Source: Catajapyx aquilonaris
Taxonomy: Eukaryota
Length of the DNA stretch: 46,890 bases
Reading direction: 5' to 3'
Assembly: GCA_000934665.2 (NCBI GenBank)
Contig: JYFJ02003044.1
Coordinates: 1-46,890 of the forward strand
A program made the translations under genes and the position numbers. Positions 23,301 through 35,771 of the stretch are shown here, piece after piece; position 1 is the stretch's first letter; every line of letters starts with the position of its first letter. The notes beneath the pieces are model-generated. The model saw nothing but the letters and a program-made list of their open reading frames with translations, did no database searches and was not told the DNA's origin.

Positions 23301-26300
23301 ATAGTCCACAGCGTTAAAAGTGGTAAAAGTAACCTGGGGCCATATTCATGAATGGGCACAAATGAAAAGCAACATCCTTTTTGGCAGGAAAGCACATTAC
23401 AGCCCCTCGGTAGTAATCAATTTTGTTTGCACTTGTGCATACATAAATGAGAGTGAATATCCAGATGGCCGTGACAACCTCCCAAGTGTCTAATTGGCAG
23501 GATATTCTCTCCCTGTTCATGTGATATCAACAATACACATTGTCAAAAAATTCCTCAATATCTGCCAGCCATGGTTATGCAGAACATTTAGGTTTAGGAA
23601 TAAGCCTACACCAAATAAACATCCTACCTTCTCATGATGCACCTAGTACAACTAACAAATATTGTGAATCACATAACCTCGCATCCTAATTTTCTAGCCT
23701 TATAATATGTTGACTTCCAAAAAGGCAAATGGCTAGGCTACTTAAATAGTGTATGCTCTCTGCCAAAAAAATGTTTCAGCCAGACTTACGTCTTTTGGCA
23801 CAATACAACCATCAGTACTCACCCAACATAAAGTCTATGGCAAGAAAAGACCAGAGGACTGATGGTTTTAGTCTGGCCATAATATTTTCTTGACAGATAA
23901 CACACTCTCAAAAGTTGCAATTTTATTGACTGAAATTAATCCAGCCCACAAAAATGGCGACCAATTTTTACGATTTCTCCTGTTCAGAGTAGGGTTAAAG
24001 TTGCTCATTGATACATGTGTTCCTGGACATTCACATGAACCTGCATTACCTTGACAGTATTCTATGTTTACCTCATACAACTGACCACCCTGATTGCCAA
24101 AAATGTCAAGAGTCAAGGTGCAGTGTCTACCAGAATACATTCATTAAAATTAATGCCTTCAAGAAATAGTGACTTTCAAAGAATACTTGAAAGTCAGGGC
24201 TGTATTTTTTGAAATAATAAAAATAAAAATAAAACCACACAAGATTAGTTGAATTACAAGTAGGGTCCAAGTGGGGGATAAGTGGAAAGTAGTCATAGTG
24301 GAAACTCTTCCAGAATGTGTGTTGAAATTTGTTTGGAAGTATTTCGGATCCCACACACATTTCCTCAAGTTACTCAGTCAGGTTTCCTGATCCCGTGATG
24401 AGGCATAAAAAGAATATCCAGTTTCTACCAGTTGTGTAGCTCACTTCAAAATGACCAAATGAGCTGGTAGTTATTACCATGGCATAAACCATCCAAACTG
24501 CCAAAGAGCTATCCAAGAATAGCCGACACGAGTTCAGCATTCCAAAGAATATACTCTAAGTGCCAGTTTGGAGTGCAAATAATAATTTTGGAATGCAAAT
24601 TGCATCTTTGCATCCAAACATTTTGACTCCTGCAATACCCAGGATTTAGTCACTGTCATATCTAAATATGCTGGGCAGAATTTTCGTCCCACTGCTAACT
24701 TAGCCGTACCAGTGTTGGCAGTATGGTACTGCTAAGTTAGCAGCAACTAGCAGAGGGACGAAAATTCCAACCTCTGTCTTTCCATGTTAGGCAGGATGTA
24801 TCAAACAATAACTTTTTAAAAATTCATGAATTACAAAAGATTTCTGCTGTACACAAGTTTTTGACATATCAAGATCCAGTACAGTTCAGTCCTACCAAAT
24901 AAGGGTACACCTGGAGGTAGGCAGGTTTGATCAAGAATCTTAAAACAAAATAATTAAAAATAATATTTTTCAGTGAAACCACAGGAGGTGCCTCACAATA
25001 CATGGTATGGTCGTTCCACATAGAAAAATACTCCCCACGTGCAATAAAACATGGTGTATATCCAGCACAGTGTTGGACATTANAAATTGTTGAACATATT
25101 CTGTAATGTCTTAGAATCACACCCATGGGAATGATGGTTTTCATTTTCCGATTGATAGTATCCAAGAGGAAAACTGCTCTGCAACCTAGAGAAATAGCCT
25201 ATATAAACACTGCAACAGACTTACGCCTCAAAAAGAACAAAGAGAGGCATGGGTAGAGCACACACCTGCAAGCAACACACAACATAAATGATGCTTCCAT
25301 ACAACCCTTATTTGGGTGTGGGCTGGCTAAGCATTTGTGGAAGCAAGGCTAAGTTGAAGTACAAATCCCCTGAACGGAAAGGGTCGCTTCCAGGATTGAT
25401 TTTCACAATAGTTTTTACTGAAAATGATTCCTAATGATATTAGATGAAAAAGTGGAATTCAGTTTTTAAATTATCTTCTGTCCTCTAGGTAGTGAAAATC
25501 TGGCCTTGCAAGTTCAATTTTTTTGCACTTGAAAAGGCCCCAGAAGGGACTAGGAATCTCGCAAAACTTTCATTTAAATTTTTATGACAATGAAAGATGA
25601 TGGCAATTTTTTGAGTGGCATATTGTTCACATGTATTATTCATTGTCGGCAACAATTAGTACACAATGAATAACATCCATTACATCTGCAATTTGTAATG
25701 TGCCAGCCCTTAGAAAGTCTTTCAAACTACAAAAGGCATTTGTTCTGATAGTACTACTGACAGATATCATTTAAAAATATGACACAATCATGCACATCAT
25801 TAAAGTTAAGCTGGCAGGTACACTACTGAAATACAGCGAAATCTGTTCATTTCCGCGATTTTTTCTGGGAACTGTGTATGCATATGGCATGTGTATTCTG
25901 TGGCAGAAACTTGTCCATTCCGAAAAAATTTAAGTCACTTGCAATTCCACTATGCACGTTTCACTGTACTTTGAGGCTATCGTGCTGCAGCTGTGTACTG
26001 ACAACTTATGTTATCATGCAAACAGAATATCAGCAGTAATCTCAATTAACTTATTTCAGCTTTAAAAACAATTCAATTAAAAACCTGGTGGTATTGCTCA
26101 TCCATCAACTCCCTTCAAAAAATCTGAATGTGCTCACCAACACTTACCTCACATTCACCATTATTTTGAACAAAGTAAGAATCAACGTGTTAAAGCTCTT
26201 ATTCTGTACGTGACTGTTTTGCCCTTGCCCACAACATCCAATCTGCATTACAAATGTACAACCTACTGTGATTCTGAAAAGCAACTGTGATATAATTTAC

Positions 26301-29300
26301 TAAGGTTTGCAGCACTCCTTCCACACAAGGAAATAATAAGAAAATAAATACAAAAAGAATGGAGATAACTGCCCTGACCAGTAGCAGGAAAAAAAATAAT
26401 TTCTAAACATATTAGGTCATTATTACTGATATCAAAATAGGATGGAATATCTTTAATAGGATATACTTGGTTGGTTTGTTACAGCATTTTCTTTTAAATT
26501 TAAAGGGTCATGTGAAGGGAATTATAAGGGTATTTTATTTCTTTATTGGGAAGTGTGACTTTATTCATGTATGCTTTATTTGGGATAGATGACATTCATT
26601 ACTCCTCTTGCTGAACCGATTGTAGTTGTAATATTTATTACGAAAAAAAAATCTTCTCGCCAGGTATTCCAAGCACGCAGGCCATGAAGAATGAGCAACA
26701 GAAGAATAAAAATGAGCATAAGGACTCTGCTACCTTCATGTTTCTTTTCTCACTATCTGTGCGACACTGCTAAGTCCAGTTAATTCTCTTTGGTGCTTTT
26801 TCTGCAGTTTTTGTAATGCCATGTAGGCATGTCCTTGAGATACTCGTAATGACTTTTTACTGGCTTACTACACTGCATCGACCCTAAAAAGTAATGTAAA
26901 GATGTCCCCCAACAACATACTGCAGCTTTGAATTTACAAATTAATTTTGAGCACTGTTCACATACTGCTAAATTTTGAGTATATGTAAATATCTAGACTG
27001 CTGTCCTACCAGAAACAATCACTTGTATAAAATGAAACAGAAAACATCATAAAAAGTTAATTCACCACTGGTATTTTACATAACTTTGAGTACTCTAATG
27101 CACTGACTGTGAAAGTTTCAATTAATTAGCTCCCGGCAAATATAACCTGTCTAACATTTGATAATGCGATGCATCTAGCTATTTTGTTTATAAATGTGCT
27201 CAAGGCTTGTAGGCACCAGCGTTCATATTTTTAACCCTTCCCTAGTATCAATATGAGACCAAATTCGCCCATTTAATAAATAAGAAGCTTGCTATCTGTC
27301 CTGCCCTACAGAATATCTGGTCAACTAACTTGCGTAGTAAAGAATAACTCCGAAAATACAGGACATGATCAACTGATGTGCATTTGCAACAAAACCTGGC
27401 AGGACATCAACAAAGTGATAAAGCCATGTGAATATTCTACCTATTGAAACTTCCTGCCTCTACACCACCATGCCCATGAAGACAGCAGAGTCCTTCACTA
27501 TCTCGTTATTTGAGTCCAAATATTTTTTTATTGCCATCTCAAAATTGTACAATTTATTGCAAAATGAATGTTACTTCTTTAATTCTGTAACTAATTTGTT
27601 TGAATCTTTAGAAAATAAAAAGGGGGTTTCTTTATTTCAAATGCATTACATGAGAACGAAATTGGTTCATGCACCAAAAACCCATCTACTGGCGAAAGGG
27701 ACTTCCGTGTCTTTATTAGGCCGTTACAACTGAATTAAAAGGTCCAGGTTGCTCACTTTATTAGCAAAGATAAAATGTAGTATTCACTTGCAGGTGGCTT
27801 TGAAAGTTAATCGGGGGAAGGGTTGCAGGATTGGTGTGAAGGGTTGCTGCACTGCCCAACATTAATTTCATTTAACTGTTCGTGCTAAGGATGCTAAGTC
27901 CAGGCTTGCTTTTCTATCCTTCACGTATATGAAATTGTAAAATTACAAATAATGTCTTTTAAATGTTCACCTACGAGTGTCTAGCCCAGAGAACCAAAGT
28001 ATTAGTACCGTCACAAAATTTATTTCTGGATGTTTTCTTGGGCAAAATTATGGAAACTTCTGCACAGGCACAGTAAACCACTGTGCATTCTTACAATTTA
28101 AATTTCCTGGTGCTCTAGTAATGGTTCAATAAGTTACTCGAGGTTATGCCCAGAAAAACATGAATTTCAATGTGATGTTACTAGGTGTATCTCTGTTCTG
28201 AGGTTCTTTTACAACGAGATGATTCTCATCATCGAAAGTTAAGTATATTAATGCTATTGTTGTTGACTACTTTGGATTCTTTAGATGTGTACTGTACATC
28301 ATGTCCAGTAATCATTGTACTACTTCGCTCTCCTTCACCGCTAGCCAAGCCTTTCCAATAAAATAATCAAAAAGCAAGTTACAGTACTCCAGCACTCAAT
28401 CTCACTCAAATCCAATGCTATTATGCAGTGCTTCTACTCCTGGCCGCACCCTGAAATAAAATTCTCTCTCTTCCCCCCCTCCAACGACTATTTTTCCAAG
28501 GTCATGAAACAAAGCAGAATGGATGATGAATTACCTGGATATTTTGTTTGACACAGTAATGCAGGCAAGAAAGACTGCATGGTATGACAGCATTCCACAC
28601 TTCATCAAATGTCTCACATAACTGTGTCCAAACACATGCTGTATGTTGACAAAAAGCTCAACCAAGTGCCTGTCTGAGACTATCACATTAGTTCTAGAAA
28701 TTCTTTTGAGAACTTAAGAATTCTTGTGATGATCAAGCACCCAGTGCACACAGCTGCCTTTCAATCTTTGCTTGTAATTTACCAGGTAATTTGACACCAT
28801 TCTGGGAGTATAAAACCCTGAAAACCCTCTCTATGCATGAGGGACATTCTCTATACCTGAGGCCACGAATGGCTTCCTTATGTGCTTGGTACATCTTCAC
28901 GTTGTTCATGTTGGACTGCCAATACTTGATGTAACCGCTGTGATCTCCTGTCACCATCCACACGTCATTGTGTGACCACACCATTGTTCTCACTGGGCTG
29001 TCATGAGCCTAAAATGCATAATGTAACGTATTAATATTGCAGTCCAGCTACTTCAACTGCAGAGTTGTAATTTTCTCACAATTGCTAATCAAACAACTTT
29101 GAAAAGACGAAATATGGCTCACCTGTAAAATGGTCTCAAAATTGAACGTGAGACCATTCCAAAGTGTGAACTCTCCACTTGAGGCACCTGTAACCAGTCG
29201 CCTGCCTTCCGCAGTCCAAGCAAGGCAAAAGATTGGGCAGCGCATTTTATTTGTGGCTGTCTTCACAAACTTGGTGGTGACCGCATTGATGGGATTGTGT

Positions 29301-30835
29301 AGCAAGGATGGGGGCGGACACATACCGGGATAATACAGGACATCAGGCTGAATGGCATGCCTGTCCCTGAAGTCCCGCTGCCACACCCGACCCTGAAATA
29401 ATACACATGCCAATCACTGGAGCCAGAAATTACAACAAGTATCCACACTGGATGCATGATCACATTAACAGAGTGAAATCTGAGTATAATGGGATTGATC
29501 CACTTAATGGAAATTTTCTGAAATACACAAGTTTCTGTTGTATTGGACAATACTAAAATAGGGTGAATGCATAGGGACCTAACTTTGAATGATAACAGAA
29601 GAAGTCAGGGGAGCAGTCTGCCTCAAGGGCAGATTAAGTGTTTAGTTTCTTATGTAGCAATGAAAGAAAAATGAATGAGTGCAGGGGTATGGGAAGAGGG
29701 TATGGGGTTGGCAGAAAAATAAATGGCATAAGGGGGCAAAGGATGACAAAGGAAGTCTTGCATTATTATGCACATCTGAGAGAAGCTGATATCACACATG
29801 TTCAAGGTTCCAGACTTGTCATTTGTCTCTGTCAGATGCAGAACAGCATTTTGTGAATGTACAGTATGGCAGTGGATCTCTGAACTGCCATACTCTCTCT
29901 CTAAGCTACTCTATTCTTGATTGTGGGGGAGGAAGGGCATTCCTTATTGTGGCCTGCATACCAACACCCACACACCCCAGACAATCACTTCCTCTCCCAG
30001 TCTCTATATTTAAAGCACAAAGTTTGCATGTCAGATTCTAGACTACTTCAAAAGCTGAAAATTGCTATAAAGGGAGCTGATCAGCAGGAAAATGCCCCAA
30101 ATCCCCCAAATTTTTGCATAGAACACATTTTTAAACCTTTGACAACCAAAATTCCTAGAACACACCAGGAAAAATTGGTATCATAACAATTCTCCCGGGT
30201 GCGCAGCGCGGATTTATGTCAGACAAAAGGATACCCACAGTCCGTTAACCCAAAGAACGATGTGACGTCACCTTCCGCCAGCTTCCACCAGCTTCCACCT
30301 GGCTCTTCCTTCCTCTCATGTCCCTCTTCAAGCATACTACTGCGCATGCTCAGAAAACACGGCTGGTGTGACCTCAGATAGTTTTTTGGTTTAAAGAACT
30401 GTATAGTAAAAGGGTTTACCAAATGCTACGATGCCCACTGACTTTGTGGGTAGTACTGGCAAGAGGACAAGTGCTGTCGTATTTCATAAAACTTGACATG
30501 CAGAATGGTTGCGATCATTCATCACACTCTTCCATGCGTTTCATTAATTTTTTTATAAATGCCATTCAAGCAGAACTTACCTCCAATAAATTAATCACAG
30601 ATGAATTGTAATCTACTGTCTTCCTCATGACACTTTTCCTCAGCCTTTTCCCATCAAACTCCATCTCAGGTCCAGGTCTGGGATACGGTCGATACGGCGC
30701 GTATCCTGAATACATCCTCTGAGGTTTATTATCAGGACTGACATATCGATAGTTAGGGGAGAACTTGTTCCCCATCCCCATGCCCATCCCCATCCCCATG
30801 GGCGGAGGAGGGTGTTGCATCTGAACAGCTTGCAT
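20382..30835 (-). CDS. WDR33: Pre-mRNA 3'-end processing protein WDR33 (CPSF subunit, Pfs2 orthologue), 885 aa
   Basis: Eight phase-consistent exons: 30835-30581, 29392-29123, 29008-28857, 22963-22866, 22747-22621, 22454-22221, 22071-21447, 21278-20382 (2658 nt). Diagnostic sequences: [89 protein letters not shown]. Gly/Pro/Met/RGG-rich tail. Sense-strand AATAAA at 20320-20325 and 20009-20014. Confidence 0.97.
24678..24767. repeat. 90-bp imperfect inverted repeat in the large WDR33 intron
   Basis: gaattttcgtccc-a-ctgctaacttagc-c-gtacca pairs with tggtac-t-gctaagttagcag-(bulge)-gggacgaaaattc. Confidence 0.85.
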
Positions 30836-31120
30836 GTTTTCAGTCTATCTTCGAAGTCACTGCACTAGGTCACGAACTGGAAAGGTCAGATCAACCAATT
30901 ATTAGGTATGAACTTTTTTGTTTCCAGAATGTTCGATTAAGGCTTGGAACATGTCATCTCCCCGGCATAAGGAACGCGAAAGGGACTCACATCATGTGCA
31001 CCGCTACCTTCCTCGGTGCTTGCTGCCTCTTCCCAGCAGGTCCGTTCCAGCCGGCGGGCGTCTCTTCCGAGGGAAAGGGAAGAACAGTTTTTCACCGGAG
31101 AATCACAAACACGCACTCAC

Positions 31121-31300
31121 CACACGCCATTTTGAGACTCGAACAACGTTTGCAAAGTGTTTACACGAGGCAGCCGCTGACACTCCCACTGCGCATGCGC
31201 GGTATTCACACTCCGAGCACGGATTGGACCACTTCGTGTGTATATGAAACACGATTGGTCGAGGCTGTTTTCACGACCGGCATGCAGTGACGTCAACACG
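31121..31300 (-). promoter_or_regulatory. Putative WDR33 promoter and non-coding first exon (housekeeping-type motifs)
   Basis: CpG-rich. YY1-like AAAATGGCG (31125-31133, minus) followed by donor gtgagt at 31120; NRF1/EWG-like TGCGCATGCGC (31190-31200); two ATTGG/CCAAT boxes (31223-31227, 31254-31258); CRE TGACGTCA (31288-31295). Acceptor tttccag| at 30877 lies just upstream of the ATG. Confidence 0.6.
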
Positions 31301-31999
31301 TATCGGCTAATTAGTTACTAATCAGTCGCATGAAACATTAATATTTTTAAATAAATGACATAATTTCATGCCGAATACTGCCTGCTTAAACAGGCTTAAA
31401 CGATCATTTCAAAGTTTTGATGCCATGTCGATAAGGAGTTGGTTAAAGCATCGCTGCTACAAAAACGTGGCGTCATTTTGAAAAAAATTGTGGTAGTTCT
31501 GATGGTGTGCTCTAGATGGCTCTCAATACCTCGTTTGATGACTTACGCATGTGGCACATACTTGAAGGCCTTGAATTTTATGATTGTTATACAGTGCCGT
31601 CAGTGCGTTTTAAATCATAAATTACTTTCTACAAATGTAAAGCGCACATTCTTGCCCTTACAATACAGGGGAGAAAATGCTTTTAAAAATTCGAAAAAAT
31701 TCTTGTCATAATGGTGGATCATTTTTTTTAAAATAGTAAAGTGGGAAATACCGTCAACAACATGGGCCTCTGGCAAAAATTTGTATTAACCTACGCTTTT
31801 TTTTTACTCGTCCGTACGTATCTACGTCACCGACTAAACTGGTTTTTTTTTGACGCACGGACGAAGAAGGTCAACCGGCCACAACCAGAAGATACAGCTT
31901 ACGTCTCCGAACATTTTTCTCAAGTTCACGAGTTTTCCAGCGCACTTTGCAGCTTCGACAATTATTTTTCGTGAAATACTCTCGACAAACGCACCTGCC

Positions 32000-33342
32000 A
32001 TGAGGCATTGTCTGACTCTTTCTCTCATTGCACTGGCATTCATCAGTGTTGGTATGTACAGCCTTCAACTATCATACTTACGCATTTAATAATGCTTCTC
32101 TACCGTACATTACTGTATAATAAGTACATTAATTTTCAATGACTTCAGCAGTCTTCTGCAATCAAAAGTAAAGCTTCAAATTTCAATTACGCAGGGTGTG
32201 ATGAGACCACGAATAAGACCATAGATGAGACCACGGATAAGACCATAGATGAGACCACGGATAAGACCAAAGATGAGACCCCTGGACCTGAAATCAGCAA
32301 AAAGTGTCTAAGGTGCATCTGTCTCGCGATGTCAAGATGCAATTTCGGAAGAGGATGCAGTACTACAATGACAGGCAAAAAAATTTGTGGTGCATTTCAG
32401 ATGACCAAAGTCTACTGGATTGACGGAGGTCGACTCGCCGTCAAAGGGGATGAGTCAAACATCGATGAGGACAAAGGTATATTAGATGGCGTCAGAGGCC
32501 AGACAAAGTTACTGCAAGTTGCATAAAAGTAGTACGACTGCATATCATTTTGTGACTGCGTTGGTTTATACAGTTGCACCAATAACCAAGTCATGAAGCA
32601 ACCAGATTACATAGTACATACCGGTACTGTATAACACAATAGGTATAATGTAAGACAAAAAAGCTACATAGTCTGAAGATACGGAAAAGCCAATGTACAT
32701 ATTTAAAAAATATTAACATAAAAACTGCAATATTATTAACCTCCATCTCCACAGAGTAATCTAATATTTAGATATTTTCAAAGATTTAGAACTATGTAGC
32801 ATAACGTACACTGCCTGTTTTACGTGATTTGTGGCATTCACAAACATGATAACTTTTTTTTCTAACGAAATTAAGATTAGTGTATAGGACCTACCTGTAT
32901 ATTTTACTGATTGCAACATATTTCTTCATTGCAGTTTTCGAAAATTGCGCCAATGAAGCTCGATGCGCTCGTCAATCGGTGAAAAATTACATGAATAGGT
33001 ACAAGAGGGTATGTATACATATTACTACTATCTTTACAACTGCCAAAAAATATATAATATTAAATTGTATAACACATTTCTCTAGATAGTACAGAATAAC
33101 GAATAATATCGGTGTTGTGAGTGCTCTATACTGTATACCTCTAGGTGATGTTGTTTAACTGGTAATAATATTCTTCACTAATGCAGGATTGTAACGACGA
33201 TGGAAAGATCAACTGCGAAGATTTTGCGAGAATGCACGGATTCGGACCTTCCGGTTGCAGCCAGACATCCGGCCTGACCAACAACTTTTACCGAGCTTTC
33301 AGTACCTGTAAAAGGAATCTGCCTCTGACTGATGATGATTAG
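32000..33342 (+). CDS. Invertebrate (i)-type lysozyme/destabilase-like protein 1, 187 aa, secreted
   Basis: Exons 32000-32051, 32195-32476, 32935-33008, 33187-33342. Signal peptide; CLRCIC..SRCN, CGAFQMTKVYWIDGG, VKNYMNRY, DCNDDGKINCEDFARMHGFGPSGC. Confidence 0.93.
32200..32280 (+). repeat. 24-bp coding tandem repeat (DETT[N/D]KT[I/K] x3)
   Basis: gatgagaccacg(a/g)ataagacca(t/a)a x3 plus a partial unit, between the signal peptide and the lysozyme domain. Confidence 0.92.
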
Positions 33343-33884
33343 AAACTTGTCCACGCTTCTTTTCTTATAAAGATTTGCTGTGTTGCCTTCAGAATGTGAC
33401 TTGGCCAAATTCTGAATTTATTTGTTCCGTGTCAGTGCAAAAATAACAGTGTGTTACGGAATTTATTATCGGAATAGTTACAATGTACCTGTTCATGTGC
33501 CCTGTCTTTATGACTGTGATATACGGTACCTGTATGATGAAATTACAACAAAAAAATGGCATAGCCTATCATGTATAATAATCGATTAAATGCTGTTGAT
33601 TATTACTGCAATATTTTCTGGTTATAGTGTAAGTGTGACGGAATTTATTCCACGCAGCCATTACTCGGTGTCATATTTACAACGTGCACATCAGGAACAA
33701 TGTTGCATAATAGCAAATATTTGATCTCTCTAGACGGACAGGAATGAAGCAAGTGAAGCTTATGAAATGTGAAGCATTAGCGGTGTCAGCATGTACCACA
33801 CCAATTGCATAAATGACATGGTGATGACATAGCTGCATGTACGATATGTCAGCAGTATCATTGTAAGAATCCTCGAGCATAACA

Positions 33885-35392
33885 ATGAAACCCGCGAAGC
33901 TCATCATCTGTGAGAGGTGCTCTGTACTGGCCACATTACGATTGTTGCTGGTCGCGTTTTTGGTGTCAAACATTTGTGCCCATGTAGAGTACGAAGGTCC
34001 GGAAGGTGCAAGAATAGTGGGTGGTCATCAGGCTGCCAAAGGAGAGTTTCCATACCAAAGTTCGCTTCAGTTGAAGGGTTATGCTGGTCAACGGCACTTG
34101 TGTGGAGCCACCCTGGTTCATCACAACTGGATTATCACGGCGGCTCATTGCGTCTTTGGGTAATCCAGCACACATACTACAAGTTGAGTTATAGCCAGGG
34201 AATACCTGAGCGAGTTTCTAATTATGCAGCATGCAACCTTGAAAATCTGCATAACATTAAATATTTACTGCGTCGCATAATACGAGTAACAGTGTCACTA
34301 ACACGATGTACTGTACGTCAGATCTGTACTGAGTATTGACGTCTGCAGTTGAACGTGTCTTTAGATCCACAGACATGTTTTTTGGGTTTGCTACATATAA
34401 TATTATTCAAATATGGCGAGCAGAGGATCACTTTATGCAGAGAAGCAGAGGTGTTTGTTTGGTCTCCGCCATCTGCTTTACCAGATTTAAGATATTTACG
34501 TAATGAGCATGCACTAGGTATATACACGTAGCCTAATCTTCGACACGCAAATTCGCAGGATATCCAAGGACAAGATGAATGGCAATGATGTACGTCTCCT
34601 CTCTATTCCATGGGTTAAATACATCAGGGAAATTAATTGTGCCCCACGAATCGCGATATTTTTTCAGGAGGCCTCCAACAACCCTAGTGGCGTTGATCGG
34701 TGCCTTCAACTTGAGCGATCTAACTGAAAAAGACAGACAAGAGAGACACGTCGTTCAAGTGGCCATACATCCTAACTTCTCACACGGTTCGCTCATGTAC
34801 GACATGGCTCTACTCCGTGTAAGGCATAATTTTTTCTTCGTGTAATTAAGAACATAATTATATTAATTTACGAAGCTGTGTCGTGCATTTTCTATCGATA
34901 ACTGTCATCCAATTGATTAATTTTAGGTGGAGTCTCCTTTCACCTTAGGAACCATGGCGCGCCCTTTGCCATTGCATCCAGCCAACAAGACATTGTCAGT
35001 GGGAACATCTTGCATTATCACCGGTTGGGGTAGAATCTCCGTAAGCTTCATGGACACTTCAGGACTCTTTCCCACCGACTCATTTCCAATAATTACAGGA
35101 AGACGGGCCATCGTCAGCAGTGTTAAGAAAAGCCGTGGTACCCTTGGTGTCTCCCAGCTCATGCAGACGAGTGTACGGGCCACGAGTGTCTCGAGCCATG
35201 TTGTGTGCCGGACTCGCCAGAGGAGGAGTGGACGCTTGCCAGGGTGACTCCGGAGGACCCTTGGCCTGCGGGGGTCACCTGGCCGGACTCTCCTCCTGGG
35301 GGTTCGGTTGCGCCTTGCCTGGATTCTTCGGGGTCTACTCACACGTCGGAAGGCTCAGGGATTTTGTCGACCAACGACTTAGAGACAAATAG
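33885..35392 (+). CDS. Trypsin-like serine protease (S1A), 277 aa, single domain
   Basis: Exons 33885-34159, 34668-34818, 34927-35040, 35099-35392. Hydrophobic leader, activation site R|IVGG, intact triad TAAHC / DMALL / GDSGGP, S1 Asp in DACQGDSGGP. AATAAA at 35434-35439. Confidence 0.95.
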
Positions 35393-35587
35393 CTTGCTCT
35401 GGCATGACTGTGTGACAATACTGCTGACAAGTTAATAAAATATATTGACACTTTCATTCGAGCTAGTTTTTAAAAGCTATATCCGACTTCCTGTAACGAT
35501 ATACTGTATTTTGGCAGCGCCATGCTCCTTTGATCCTTGCTGTTTGATGTGCTGATATGGCATCGTAATCTGCAGTCTTACGGAACT

Positions 35588-35705
35588 GGAATTTCCCTAG
35601 CCACTTCCCGGGAAAAGAGCGCGGGCACGGTGGATGACCACAAGGAAGGTCATCGCTGAGTATGATAAAAGCAAGTGGCCCCTGTAGGGTGAAGTACTTG
35701 ATAAA
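35588..35705 (+). promoter_or_regulatory. Putative immune/haemocyte cis-regulatory module upstream of lysozyme 2
   Basis: kappaB GGGAAATTCC (minus, 35588-35597), STAT-like TTCCCGGGAA (35605-35614), RUNX TGACCACA (35635-35642), GATA TGATAA (~35663, ~35699). Confidence 0.5.
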
Positions 35706-35771
35706 TCTGTAGCAAGACCAACTATACTCACTGCTTCGCATTCTGACAACGTCTGTGAAATTGATTTGGTC

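Noticed and set aside
28520..28680. C/D-box snoRNA (ATGATGA ... CTGA)
   Set aside because: Antisense to the host intron, no terminal stem, no recognisable guide sequence.
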